Virus record (IMG/VR): IMGVR_UViG_3300048861_000089
Coordinates: 1-25,474 of that record
Direction: 5' to 3' (one strand)
From: a virus
Taxonomy: Duplodnaviria > Caudoviricetes
Length of the DNA stretch: 25,474 bases
Each line of letters begins with the position of its first letter. Position 1 is the stretch's first letter. Below the pieces are notes generated by a model, which worked only from the letters and a program-made list of their open reading frames with translations, searched no databases and was not told the origin of the DNA. A program made the translations under genes and the position numbers. Positions 14,155-23,844 of the stretch are shown piece by piece.

Positions 14155-16947
14155 GTGCCTTCCGCCGATCATCACTCGCCGTCTCTGCTGGAGGCGGCGC
14201 TTACCTACGCGCGCCGAGGCTGGCCGGTGTTCCCGTGCAGCCCGAAGAATAAGCGCCCGCTGCTCGCGAAGGACCATGACGAAGCTGGCAAGCCGATCAA
14301 GAACTCGGGCGGTGTCACCAAGGCGACCTGTGACGAGGATCTGATCAGCGGCTGGTGGAAGAAGTGGCCGCAAGCGATGGTCGGTGTTGCGGTCGGTCGT
14401 GGCAACCTGATCGTCATCGACTTCGATCCACGCATCGATCGCGTCATTGACAAGGAGAGCGGCGAGGTCATCAGCGAGAAGGAGTGGACTGTCGCCGAGT
14501 TGCGCGAGCGGCTTCAAGAGATGATGGGCTCTGTGCTCCCCGACACGGTGACGGTGCGGACGCCGAGCGGCGGCGAGCATCTCTATTTCCTGATGCCTGC
14601 GGGTGAGCCGATCGGTAATCGCGGCAACCTGCCCCTCCACGTCGATGTGCGCGGGCTCGGTGGATACGTGATCGCGCCGCCCAGCGTATGCTTCGGCGAC
14701 GGTAAGAACACGCCCGGTCCCTATCGCTGGCTCCGGGGCGTAGACGAGATTGAAATCGCTCCGCTCCCACTCGATCTTGAGCGCATCCTGCGCGATACGC
14801 CGCGCGAGGGCGCGCCTGACATCGCCGATGCGGCCGCCGAGCGTCCTCGCATCGATATAGATGCCCAGGCCGATCGCTATCGCCGATGGGCGCTTACCGC
14901 CCTGCAGGGCGAGGTGGACGAACTCGCGGCAACACCCAAAGGCGGCGGTCGGCATGGCGGTCGGAATCAGGGCGCCTATATGGCCGCCTACACGCTGGGC
15001 GGCATCGTCGCCCATGGCCTGCTCGGCGAGGAAGAGGTTCGCGGCGCGCTACTGGCTGTGATCCGGAGCTTTGATCCGACTGCCTACCAGTCGCATGCAC
15101 AGGCTATCGACAATGGGCTTGCCAACGGACAGGCGAAGCCGCGCGACCTCAGCGCCGTAGGCGCGAACATGACGCGCGGGCGCGGCAGCGACCGCTCCGC
15201 ATCCTCTTTGTCCGACAGGCCGCCATCCCCTCCAATCGAGGCTTATGACGACTATACTCGCATCGACGGCCCCGCACCCCATGATGGGGATGATGTGGAA
15301 GGACGACTCCAGAATGGAACGCCGAGCGACGCCAACCCCGCTCAGGGGTCAGGGGGGCGCATTCGCGTCAAACCGGACGCCAGCGCAGATCGGGAGTGCG
15401 CGTTCTACCAGATGACCGACCTCGGCAACGCCGAGCGCTTCCGCCGCCGTTTCGGCGACCAATTCCGTTTCTGCAAGGAGTTGGGTTGGTTCTGGTGGGA
15501 TGAGCGTCGATGGTCGCTGCTCAGCGAGGAAAAGGACAAGATCCCCGGCGAGGTGATGCAGGCTGTATTTGAGACGATCCGCGCCATTCGCAACGAAGCC
15601 GATCTGGTTGAGGCGAGCGGTTTGAAGGAGGATGACGATCAGGACGATACTCGCCTCGATTTCATCGTGCGATGGAAGGGCGCGGGCGACAACAAGCAAC
15701 CGATCTATTATTCCGACATGCTGCGCGACCACGCGAAGTCTAGCGAGGGCGCGAACCGGCTCGGTTGCATCGGCGGCCTTGCGAAGAGCTTTCCCGAGAT
15801 TTCCATCCGCGCCGACGCGATGGATGCCGATCGCATGGCGATCAACGTGCTCAACGGCACGCTGCGGATGGATCTTGCCGGCAACCGCGTCGTCATGCGG
15901 CTCGACAAGCATCGCCGCGACGACCTGATTAGCAAGATCGCCAATGTCACCTATGATCCCGATGCTACATGCGAGGCATTCGACGGCTTCCTTTCGACTG
16001 TGCAGCCGAAGGACAGCAATCGTCGGTTCCTCGCACAATGGCACGGCCTGAGCCTGACCGGCGATATCAACGAACAGAAGCTCGCCTTCTACCACGGCAA
16101 AGGCCGCAACGGTAAATCGACCCTCGTGGATGTGTGCGGCCATGTCGCTGGCGATTATGGCGCCTCGATCGCGATCGAGAGCTTTCTTGATCAGGGGCGC
16201 GGTCGCAAGGGCGGCGAAGCAACGCCGGACATTGCCACATTGCCCGGTATTCGCTTCCTCCGGACCTCCGAGCCTGAGAAGGGCGCGAAACTCGCCGAGG
16301 CACTGATCAAGCTGATCACGGGCGGAGAGGCTATTACCGCGCGTCACCTCAACAAGGGCTTCTTCTCGTTCCTGCCGTCCTTCAAGGTGACGATATCGGG
16401 CAACCACAAGCCCAAGATCACTGGCCACGATGACGGTATATGGCGGCGCGTCATGCTCGTGCCATGGGCCGTGCAAATCGCCAAAGAGGACGTCGACAGA
16501 GCGCTTCCCGACAAACTGCGCGGCGAAGCCAGCGGCATCTTCAATTGGCTCCTGTCGGGCCTTGTGGATTGGCGTGAGAACGGCCTTGTCGAGCCCGACG
16601 ACGTTCTCGACGCGACCAGGCGCTATCGCGAGGACAGCGACCAGCTCGGGCGCTTCCTCGAAGAGTGCGTCGAGGAAGAAGAGGGCGCTCGATCGAAGTC
16701 GTCCGAGCTGCACGCTCTGTTCAACGCATGGTCCAAAGTCAGCGGTGCTGGCGAATGGACGCAAGTCGGCTTCACCAAGGCGATGCAGGATCGCGGATAC
16801 CAGACCAAGCAGTCGAACGGCATGCAGTGGCTCGGCATCCGCATGGTCAGATCGACATCCGATTTTGAGGACCACGTCGTGCGTGACGATGTCGATAGCG
16901 CCCCCCCGCGTGGTCGATGGGCGGAGGACGACGACATTCCGGTGTAG
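14155..16947 (+). CDS. Primase-polymerase / D5-type SF3 helicase (P4-family phage primase)
   Basis: Prim-pol motifs GWPVFPC, VIDFD, TPSGGEHLYF, DVRGLGGYVIAPPS; D5-N TDLGNAERF; Walker A GKGRNGKST; DDGIWRR. Confidence 0.95.
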   Translation: MPSADHHSPSLLEAALTYARRGWPVFPCSPKNKRPLLAKDHDEAGKPIKNSGGVTKATCDEDLISGWWKKWPQAMVGVAVGRGNLIVIDFDPRIDRVIDKESGEVISEKEWTVAELRERLQEMMGSVLPDTVTVRTPSGGEHLYFLMPAGEPIGNRGNLPLHVDVRGLGGYVIAPPSVCFGDGKNTPGPYRWLRGVDEIEIAPLPLDLERILRDTPREGAPDIADAAAERPRIDIDAQADRYRRWALTALQGEVDELAATPKGGGRHGGRNQGAYMAAYTLGGIVAHGLLGEEEVRGALLAVIRSFDPTAYQSHAQAIDNGLANGQAKPRDLSAVGANMTRGRGSDRSASSLSDRPPSPPIEAYDDYTRIDGPAPHDGDDVEGRLQNGTPSDANPAQGSGGRIRVKPDASADRECAFYQMTDLGNAERFRRRFGDQFRFCKELGWFWWDERRWSLLSEEKDKIPGEVMQAVFETIRAIRNEADLVEASGLKEDDDQDDTRLDFIVRWKGAGDNKQPIYYSDMLRDHAKSSEGANRLGCIGGLAKSFPEISIRADAMDADRMAINVLNGTLRMDLAGNRVVMRLDKHRRDDLISKIANVTYDPDATCEAFDGFLSTVQPKDSNRRFLAQWHGLSLTGDINEQKLAFYHGKGRNGKSTLVDVCGHVAGDYGASIAIESFLDQGRGRKGGEATPDIATLPGIRFLRTSEPEKGAKLAEALIKLITGGEAITARHLNKGFFSFLPSFKVTISGNHKPKITGHDDGIWRRVMLVPWAVQIAKEDVDRALPDKLRGEASGIFNWLLSGLVDWRENGLVEPDDVLDATRRYREDSDQLGRFLEECVEEEEGARSKSSELHALFNAWSKVSGAGEWTQVGFTKAMQDRGYQTKQSNGMQWLGIRMVRSTSDFEDHVVRDDVDSAPPRGRWAEDDDIPV

Positions 16948-16950
16948 TTT

Positions 16951-17257
16951 TGGAAGGGTTCGCCCTTCCGCGCGGAAGTGTGGATTGGAAGGCTTGAAAT
17001 GAGGATTTCTGCGGGTTTGGAATGGATGGAAGGGTTTTGTGCTGCACTCCCATGATGCGCACATCCGGGTGCGCACCCATGCAGGTATGTGTGGGTGCGA
17101 TAGCACCCAACACTATCCTTCCACTCTTCCAATCACTTCCATTTCTATATTCCAGAGAATGAACAAGTCTCTGTTTTCTAGGGGAAAACGATATGTCGCT
17201 TGATCAACGCCACAATGCGAATGCAGCGGTTCCACTGGAAGGGTCAGCCCTTCCGCG
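16951..17257. repeat. Putative replication origin: convergent TGGAAG/CTTCCA iterons and palindromes
   Basis: TGGAAG-like hexamers at 16951, 16973, 16986, 17018, 17027; inverted CTTCCA at 17118, 17126, 17136 and ATTCCA at 17149; 22-bp near-identical repeats at 16951-16972 and 17236-17257. Confidence 0.6.
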
Positions 17258-17702
17258 TCATTGGAGCTTCGCCGACGTCGAGGAACGGTTGATTGAGGCT
17301 TATGGCTTTCTCCAGCGTATGCCTGATCCCGATGCTCGGCACTTGCGTGTGAAGACGATGTCGATCTGGCAGCAGGTCAGCATCACTGCCGGCATGAACC
17401 AAGTCGAGATCGCCGAGTATCGCCTATACCGTGCTGGCGATCCGCCGCGCATGCCAGGGCTACTCGTGTCCGAGGTTGGTCGCATGGAGGAGGCGCTCGG
17501 CTGGTTGATGTGGCTGAAGCCAGAGACACGCCGCATCGTGGCACGGGCGATCGGCCAGTTGTGGAGCGGCAACACGCGAGTCGACTGGCGCATGGTGGGT
17601 GCTGATCCGCGTGTCAGCGGGTCGTTCGATCGCATGCGAGCGGCCTATCAGCGTGCAATCCGCACCTTGGCGCTGCGCTTGTCGAACGCGAGTCCACGCT
17701 GA
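17193..17702 (+). CDS. DUF6362-like protein, probable late-gene regulator
   Basis: WSFADVEERLIEA...RMP and RMEEALGWLMWL motifs; Q-like position between replication and packaging genes. Confidence 0.7.
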   Translation: MSLDQRHNANAAVPLEGSALPRHWSFADVEERLIEAYGFLQRMPDPDARHLRVKTMSIWQQVSITAGMNQVEIAEYRLYRAGDPPRMPGLLVSEVGRMEEALGWLMWLKPETRRIVARAIGQLWSGNTRVDWRMVGADPRVSGSFDRMRAAYQRAIRTLALRLSNASPR

Positions 17703-17863
17703 AGCCCGCAGAAAACCGCAATAGGATAGCGTCAAGGCCAACAATGTTTGTCGATGACGATTTTGTGTGTTCGTTTCCGGATCGTTTTCGTGCATTTTGA
17801 TGTCAGCTTGGCGCGTCGTGCATGCGTCACCCCACACATCGCGATATCCGAGGCTGCCATGTA
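17703..17863 (+). promoter_or_regulatory. Probable late promoter/leader region
   Basis: T-rich non-coding gap directly upstream of the late operon; no clear consensus identified. Confidence 0.4.
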
Positions 17864-18190
17864 ATGCCGGTCTGTCCGCCGACCTTTCGCCCTCATGGAT
17901 CGAGGACGAAGCGGGAGCACGATCGTGATCGCGGCACTGCATCCGAGCGCGGTTATAACCATCGGTGGCAGAAGGCTCGGCTGACGTATCTCGCCGCTCA
18001 TCCGCTGTGTCGGATGTGCGAGGCTGATGGGATCGTCACCGAGGCGACCATCGTTGATCACGTCCGCCCGCACAGAGGCGACGCAGGCCTCTTCTGGGAC
18101 CCGAACAACTGGCAGCCGCTCTGCAAGCCGCACCACGACAGTGCGAAACAGAGCGAGGACCGTGGCGGGCATCGCAGCGGTCGCCGGTAG
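17864..18190 (+). CDS. HNH endonuclease (terminase-associated, HK97 gp74-like)
   Basis: ERGY..RW, HPLCRMC, VDHVRPHRGD..LFWDPNNWQPLCKPHHDSAK. Confidence 0.95.
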   Translation: MPVCPPTFRPHGSRTKREHDRDRGTASERGYNHRWQKARLTYLAAHPLCRMCEADGIVTEATIVDHVRPHRGDAGLFWDPNNWQPLCKPHHDSAKQSEDRGGHRSGRR

Positions 18191-18293
18191 GGGGGGGCAC
18201 TCGAAAATCAGGGCGGATCGGCCGTCAAGACCGGTTGGCAGCGATTTGCGTTTGGGCGCGAAATTCGCCGAACTTTTTTTGTTGGAGAATAAG
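18187..18293. other. Putative cos/packaging-initiation region
   Basis: Gap between HNH and terS containing G8...GAAAA...GACCG...CGCGAAATT; this position is where cos lies in HK97-like phages. Confidence 0.5.
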
Positions 18294-18914
18294 ATGACGC
18301 GGGGACGGCGACCGGCGCCGGAGGCGGTGCAAGAGGCGAAGGGCAATACCCAGCGCCGGCCCCGCGCCAAGCGCACCGGCGCATCGGTCGAAGCGGCCCC
18401 CGCTGTCGGCACGCTCCCCGGCTGGCTCGACACCAAGCGCCGCATTCAGAAGGTCGCGGCAGAAGAGGCGACCAAGCTATCCGGCGAAATCTACGCCAAG
18501 CTGCACGGCGACTTGAGCAGAATGAACCTGCTCAAGTCGACCGACGAGTTCACCTTCGGCCGCTTCTGCCGCTACATGGCGGAGTGGATCGTCTACACCC
18601 ACATCCTCGATCGCGAGGGCACGTTCTACACCACGAGTTCGCCGCACGTCGGCGAGCTTCGGCGTCCGCATCCAGCGTTCAAGCAACGGCAGGCGATCGA
18701 GGGCCATCTCAAGGATCTCGGCGATGTGCTTGGTCTCTCGCCTGCCGCCCGCCAGCGCCTGATGCTGCAACTGGCGAACAGCAACGGTCTCCAGCCGGCG
18801 GCGCAGCCGACTGCTCCAGCGAAGGAAGGGGGTGATCTCTTGTCGATGCCGGCCGCACCGGCCGCGCCGGCCAGCCCGATCGGGATGCTTGGCGGTATCC
18901 GCACGTTGAACTGA
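18294..18914 (+). CDS. terS: Terminase small subunit (P27-like)
   Basis: MTRGRRPAP...KGN, RFCRY, HPA, LGLSPAARQRL; GGAG SD before ATG 18294. Confidence 0.88.
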   Translation: MTRGRRPAPEAVQEAKGNTQRRPRAKRTGASVEAAPAVGTLPGWLDTKRRIQKVAAEEATKLSGEIYAKLHGDLSRMNLLKSTDEFTFGRFCRYMAEWIVYTHILDREGTFYTTSSPHVGELRRPHPAFKQRQAIEGHLKDLGDVLGLSPAARQRLMLQLANSNGLQPAAQPTAPAKEGGDLLSMPAAPAAPASPIGMLGGIRTLN

Positions 18915-20560
18915 TGGCGACCGCGCCGGCAGAGCATGCCGTCGAGCGGTCGGAATGCGGCAAATATTGGTATGATGCCGAGGCGGCGGAAGCCGCCGCT
19001 GCATTCTTCCCCGACTATCTACGGCTGACGGACGCGGAATGGGCCGGCCGGCCCTTCGATCTGGCGACGTGGCAGGCCGACCGCATCATCCGGCCAACCT
19101 TCGGCTGGCGCCGACTTGACGGCACGCGCCGATATCGGCGCGTCATCGTCTGGATACCACGCAAGAACGGAAAGACCGAGCTTGCGGCCGGCGTGTCGCT
19201 GCTGGGCCTGATCGGCGACGGCGAAATGGGAGGTCAGGGCTACTCGATCGCGACCGATAAGAACCAGGCGTCGATCGTGTTCGACAAGGCGACCACGATG
19301 GTCAACCTGTCGGATCGGCTGAAGCAACACCTGACGTGCTTCAAGCCCTCGATCTACTGTGCCGAGCTTAACGCCAGTTTCAAGCCGCTGTCGGGCAAGC
19401 CGAAAGGCAAGCACGGTCTCTCGCCATCCATCGTCGTCGGCGATGAGGTACATGAGTGGGAAAGCGGTGACCTCTACACTTTCGTTCACCAGGGCACCGG
19501 CGCGCGACGCCAGCCGCTGGAGTTCCTGATCTCGACGGCTGGTACGAAAAGCGGCTTCGGTTGGGAGCTATGGGACGAATGCCAGCGAATACTGGCGGGC
19601 GAGAGCGAAGACGAAGAGACGCTAGTCGTCATCTTCGCGGCCGATCCTGAGGACGACTGGACGAGCGAGGAGACCTGGGCGAAGGCAAATCCTAACCTCG
19701 GCACCTCGCCGAAGCTAGACTACCTGCGCGCCGAGTGCGCGAAAGCGAAGCAGCTCCCGCGCCTCGAAAACGACTTCAAGCGCTACCATCTCAACATCTG
19801 GACCGAGCAGGCGGTTCGCTGGCTCCCGATCGACACTTGGGATCGCTGCGGTCTCGCCGACCCCTCCGGGGAGGTCGAGCGGGATGCGCAGCGCCGCGTC
19901 GTCAACGATCGGTGGAAGACGCTGCACGAGACGCTGGCTACCCGTCGCGCGTTCGCCGGTCTCGATTTGTCGAGCACGAAGGACTTGACCGCATGGGTGC
20001 TGGTGTTCCCGCCCGAGGAAGAAGGCGGTCGCTGGATTTGGTTGCCGCGCATCTTCATGCCGCAGGACAACGTGCTCGACAGGGTGAAGCGCGATAAGGC
20101 GCCGTATGACCAGTGGAGCAAATCAGGTGCGATGCTCCCCACCGGGGGTAACGTCACTGACTACGCCGCAATCAAGCATCAGATATTCGAGGATTGCGAG
20201 CGGTATCGCGTCGAACAGATCGCCGTCGATCGGTGGAATGCCACGCAGTTGACTGTCGAAATTCAGGAAGAAGGCCTACCCGTGACGCTGTTCGGGCAGG
20301 GGTATTTCTCGATGTCGGCACCGTCGAAGGAGTTAGAGCGCCAAGTAATCGGCGGGGTGCTTGATCATGGCGGCCATCCCGCGCTCCGCTGGTGCGCGGG
20401 CAACGTCGCCGTTGAGACCGACGCGGCTGAGAACATCAAGCCGACGAAATCGAAATCGACCGAGCGGATCGATCCGCTCGTCGCCGGGATAATGGGATTG
20501 GGCGTCGCAATGGCAAGCAGCAACGAGTCCCTAGACGACTGGATCGAGAGCCTGCGATGA
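18914..20560 (+). CDS. terL: Terminase large subunit
   Basis: WQ motif, Walker A PRKNGKT, Walker B VVGDEVH, ISTAG, nuclease motifs GLDLSSTKDLTA and IDPLVA. Confidence 0.97.
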   Translation: MATAPAEHAVERSECGKYWYDAEAAEAAAAFFPDYLRLTDAEWAGRPFDLATWQADRIIRPTFGWRRLDGTRRYRRVIVWIPRKNGKTELAAGVSLLGLIGDGEMGGQGYSIATDKNQASIVFDKATTMVNLSDRLKQHLTCFKPSIYCAELNASFKPLSGKPKGKHGLSPSIVVGDEVHEWESGDLYTFVHQGTGARRQPLEFLISTAGTKSGFGWELWDECQRILAGESEDEETLVVIFAADPEDDWTSEETWAKANPNLGTSPKLDYLRAECAKAKQLPRLENDFKRYHLNIWTEQAVRWLPIDTWDRCGLADPSGEVERDAQRRVVNDRWKTLHETLATRRAFAGLDLSSTKDLTAWVLVFPPEEEGGRWIWLPRIFMPQDNVLDRVKRDKAPYDQWSKSGAMLPTGGNVTDYAAIKHQIFEDCERYRVEQIAVDRWNATQLTVEIQEEGLPVTLFGQGYFSMSAPSKELERQVIGGVLDHGGHPALRWCAGNVAVETDAAENIKPTKSKSTERIDPLVAGIMGLGVAMASSNESLDDWIESLR

Positions 20561-21789
20561 GCCTCATTCAGGGCATTCTGTCCTATATCCAGCGCGGCTT
20601 TCGCGTCACCGGCGGCGGGCAGATGCTCGACAATCTCGCCTCTGACAGCGGCGAGCGTGTCGACGAGCTCTCGGTCCTCGGCCTGTCGACCGCATGGGCG
20701 TGCGTCAATTTGCTCGCCGGCACGGTGGGCTCGCTGCCGTTGACGATCACGAAGCCGGGTCCGTCGGGCGTCGCGATCGAGGCTCCGGAGCACCCGCTCT
20801 ATCGGATACTGCACGATGCACCCAACGCCGAGCAGACGACGGTGGACTTTTGGGAAGGAGCACAGGCCAGTCTTGAGCTTAAGGGCAACGCTGTTGCCCG
20901 TAAAATGCGAGGATCAGGCGGACAGCTGATCGGCCTCTCGCCAATGGCTTGGGATTTCCTGCAGATCACTCGCAATTCGGATGGCGACCTGATCTACCGC
21001 TATGATGGCGAGACGTTGCCCTCGGGCGAGGTGCTGCATATCCGGGGCTTTGGCGGCTCGCCGCTCGGTGGACTGTCGACGATAGCCTTCGGTGCCAACA
21101 CATTCGGCACGGCCCGTGCGGTCGATCGGGCGGCCGGCACCATGTTTCGGAATGGCATACGGCCGAGCGGCATACTGTCGACGACTGACAAGCTGAAGAA
21201 GGATCAGCGCGACGAGGTGGAGGAACTCCTCCAGCGTAAGTTCAGCGGTGCGCTCAACGCCGGTCGGCCAATGGTGCTCGACAACGGGCTGACGTGGAGC
21301 GCGCTCACGATGAATCCGAACGACGCGCAGATGCTCGAGTCCCGTGAGTTCAGCGTGGAGGATATCTGCCGATTGTTCGGGACCCCGCCGCACATGATCG
21401 GACATACGGCTGGAAATTCGCAGCTAGGCAGCAGCATCAGCGAGCAGACGCTCGGGTTCAACAAGTTCGTCCTGCGCCGTCGTTGCCGTCGGATTGAGAA
21501 GGCGGCGAAGCAGCAGCTTCTCAGTCCGGCCGATCTCGCCAATGGCGTGGATATCAGCTTCGACATGCGCGGTCTGATGCGCGGCGATGATGCCGCGCGG
21601 ACCGCCTATTACCAGTCCGCCCTTATGAACGGATGGATGACGATCAACGAGGTGCGCAAGCTGGAAGGGCTGGCGCCGATCGCAGGCGGCGACGTGCCGC
21701 ACCTCCAGATGCAGCAAATTCCGATTTCGCTTGCCGGTGGCAAGCTCGTCGCCGGCAACGGCGGGCAAGCATCGCTGCCCGCCGCCTGA
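20557..21789 (+). CDS. Portal protein, HK97 family
   Basis: AWACVNLLAGTVGSLPL, HPLYRILHDAPN, EVLHIR, DAQMLESR, ICRLFGTPP, TINEVRKLEGL. Confidence 0.97.
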   Translation: MSLIQGILSYIQRGFRVTGGGQMLDNLASDSGERVDELSVLGLSTAWACVNLLAGTVGSLPLTITKPGPSGVAIEAPEHPLYRILHDAPNAEQTTVDFWEGAQASLELKGNAVARKMRGSGGQLIGLSPMAWDFLQITRNSDGDLIYRYDGETLPSGEVLHIRGFGGSPLGGLSTIAFGANTFGTARAVDRAAGTMFRNGIRPSGILSTTDKLKKDQRDEVEELLQRKFSGALNAGRPMVLDNGLTWSALTMNPNDAQMLESREFSVEDICRLFGTPPHMIGHTAGNSQLGSSISEQTLGFNKFVLRRRCRRIEKAAKQQLLSPADLANGVDISFDMRGLMRGDDAARTAYYQSALMNGWMTINEVRKLEGLAPIAGGDVPHLQMQQIPISLAGGKLVAGNGGQASLPAA

Positions 21790-21801
21790 AGGAAGCCCAC
21801 T

Positions 21802-22458
21802 ATGCTCAAGTTCAAGAACAGCGCCTTGGCGTTGGACGTGAAGGCTGTCGGCGACGACGGGACGTTCGAGGGCTACGGGTCCATCTTCGGCAACGTCGAT
21901 AGCTACGGCGAAGTCGTCATGCCCGGTGCTTTCACCGCGTCCCTTGTTGCTGGCCGGCAGCGCGGTTCAACGGTCAAGATGCTCTGGCAGCACGATCCAT
22001 CGCAGCCGATCGGCATTTGGCAGGATCTGGCCGAGGATGCGAAGGGGCTCTACGTCAAGGGCAAGCTTCTGAAGGACGATGTCCGCCAAGCGACCGAGAC
22101 CTATGCGCTGCTCAAGGCTGACGCCCTCGACGGATTGTCGATCGGCTATCGCGAGATCGAAGTTTCTCCGCATCCCGATAAGACGGGCATCGTCCAGCTG
22201 AAGAAGCTGGACCTGAAAGAGGTCTCAGTCGTCACATTCGCGGCGAACGATCGCGCGCGCGTGACCGACGTCAAGCAGATGATCATGGCCGGCGACGTGC
22301 CGACCGTAAGAGAGTTCGAACAGGCCCTGCGGGAGCTTGGCCTGTCGAAGAGCAAGGCGGCGGCATGTGCCACTGCCTGCGCGCCGCATCTTCGGGGGGA
22401 TCCCGAGGCGAAGGCTGACGACGCCGCAGCCCGCTTCCTCAAAGCGATGCTCGGCTAA
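21802..22458 (+). CDS. Prohead protease, HK97 family
   Basis: FEGYGSIFGNVD, MLWQHD, GLSIGY, EVSVVTFAAN. Confidence 0.96.
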   Translation: MLKFKNSALALDVKAVGDDGTFEGYGSIFGNVDSYGEVVMPGAFTASLVAGRQRGSTVKMLWQHDPSQPIGIWQDLAEDAKGLYVKGKLLKDDVRQATETYALLKADALDGLSIGYREIEVSPHPDKTGIVQLKKLDLKEVSVVTFAANDRARVTDVKQMIMAGDVPTVREFEQALRELGLSKSKAAACATACAPHLRGDPEAKADDAAARFLKAMLG

Positions 22459-22486
22459 TCCTCAACTCTGCCGAAAGGGCAACCCA

Positions 22487-23761
22487 ATGCGAAACCTGCA
22501 TGTTTTTGCCGGCATGAGCGCTCTCGCGCTTGCCGGCCCGATGACCCGCCTGGAGCGCGCTCACGGCCGCTTCCTGCGCGGCCCCGAGGATCATCCTTCG
22601 CTCACTCCCGAGCAGATGGCGGAAAACCTCAAGAAGTCGATCGACGCCAAGCACGACGAGGTCATGAAGAAGTCGGAAGAGGCTCTCACCGAGGCCAAGA
22701 AGTCCGGCACGCTCAGCACGGAGACGAAGAGCAGCGTCGATCAGATGTTGACCGAGGTCGGCACGATGCGCGAGCAACTCGCCCAGATCGAACAGAAGAT
22801 GGCGCGCAAGCCCGGCTCCGATCAGGACGAAGCGAAGTCCTACGGCGAACAGGTCGTAAAGTCGGACAAGTTCTCGTCGTTCAAGGCGGGCAGCTACCAG
22901 GGCAGCGCGCGTTTCTCGCTGAAGGCGATTACGGCTGCCCAGGCCGGCACAGCATGGAGCGACCGCGACACCACTGTCACCTCCCTGCCCCAGCGGCAGG
23001 CCGTGGTGCGCGATCTGCTTACCGTCGTTCCGACCACGAGCGGCTCGGTTGACTATGCTCGCCAGAACCTGCGCCAGAATGCGGCGGCTCCCGTCGCCGA
23101 AGCCGCTGCCAAACCGTACAGCAGCTACACCTGGGAGCAGGTCAACGCGGCCGTGCGTGTCATCGCGCACCTCGCCAAGATCACGCGCCAGGCGCTCGAC
23201 GATGCCGTGCAGCTGCAGGGCGAGGTCGATCAGGAGATGCGCTACGGCCTCGTGCTGGCGGAAGAGGGCGAACTGCTCTCAGGCGACGGCACCGGGCAGC
23301 ATCTGACCGGCATGATCCCCAACGCTACGGCCTACGCCGCGCCGATCACGATCGAAGACGCGACCATGATCGACACAATCAGGCTCTCGCTGCTCCAGGC
23401 TGAGCTTGCGCTGTATCCGTCGGACGGTGTCATCATGAACCCGGCCGACTGGGCGCATATCGAGCTTACCAAGGACGCGCAGGGTCGCTACATCTGGGCG
23501 AACCCGCTCCAGCTGGGCGGCCCGACGCTGTGGGGCAAGCGCGTCGTGTCGACCGTCGCCATGACGATCGACAAGTTCCTGACGGGCGGCTTCAAGCTCC
23601 AGACGCTCTACGATCGGATGTCGCCGGAGGTGTTGATCGCGTCCGAGAATGTCGATGACTTCGAGAAGAACCTCTACACCATGCGGTGTGAGGAGCGCCT
23701 CGCGCTGGCGAACAAGAAGCCCGGCGCGCTGATCTACGGCGACTTCGGCAACGTTACCTAA
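22487..23761 (+). CDS. Major capsid protein, HK97 family
   Basis: Coiled-coil delta domain, VAE...KP, LLSGDGTG, MNPADW, DAQGRYI, TLWGKRVV, EERL; ATG 22487 behind AAAGGG. Confidence 0.96.
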   Translation: MRNLHVFAGMSALALAGPMTRLERAHGRFLRGPEDHPSLTPEQMAENLKKSIDAKHDEVMKKSEEALTEAKKSGTLSTETKSSVDQMLTEVGTMREQLAQIEQKMARKPGSDQDEAKSYGEQVVKSDKFSSFKAGSYQGSARFSLKAITAAQAGTAWSDRDTTVTSLPQRQAVVRDLLTVVPTTSGSVDYARQNLRQNAAAPVAEAAAKPYSSYTWEQVNAAVRVIAHLAKITRQALDDAVQLQGEVDQEMRYGLVLAEEGELLSGDGTGQHLTGMIPNATAYAAPITIEDATMIDTIRLSLLQAELALYPSDGVIMNPADWAHIELTKDAQGRYIWANPLQLGGPTLWGKRVVSTVAMTIDKFLTGGFKLQTLYDRMSPEVLIASENVDDFEKNLYTMRCEERLALANKKPGALIYGDFGNVT

Positions 23762-23803
23762 GGCTCTCCCGTCGCGTGTCTGATCGTCGCACGCGGCCAA
23801 CTC

Positions 23804-23833
23804 GGGCGGGCCTTCGGGTCCGCCCACATTTCC
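23804..23833 (+). terminator. Stem-loop after the capsid gene (weak terminator or mRNA stabiliser)
   Basis: GGGCGGGCC-TTCG-GGTCCGCCC with a C(UUCG)G tetraloop, followed only by ACATTTCC. Confidence 0.65.
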
Positions 23834-23844
23834 GAGAGAGACGT

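Noticed and set aside
15277-15357. Short CCCC-N5-GGGG hairpins in the primase linker
   Set aside because: 4-bp stems are expected by chance at this GC content
13843-17106. 390-aa and 585-aa minus-strand ORFs
   Set aside because: Antisense shadows of ssb and the primase
18190-18197. G8 run as a phase-variation tract
   Set aside because: Essentially intergenic and better explained as part of the cos-region motif
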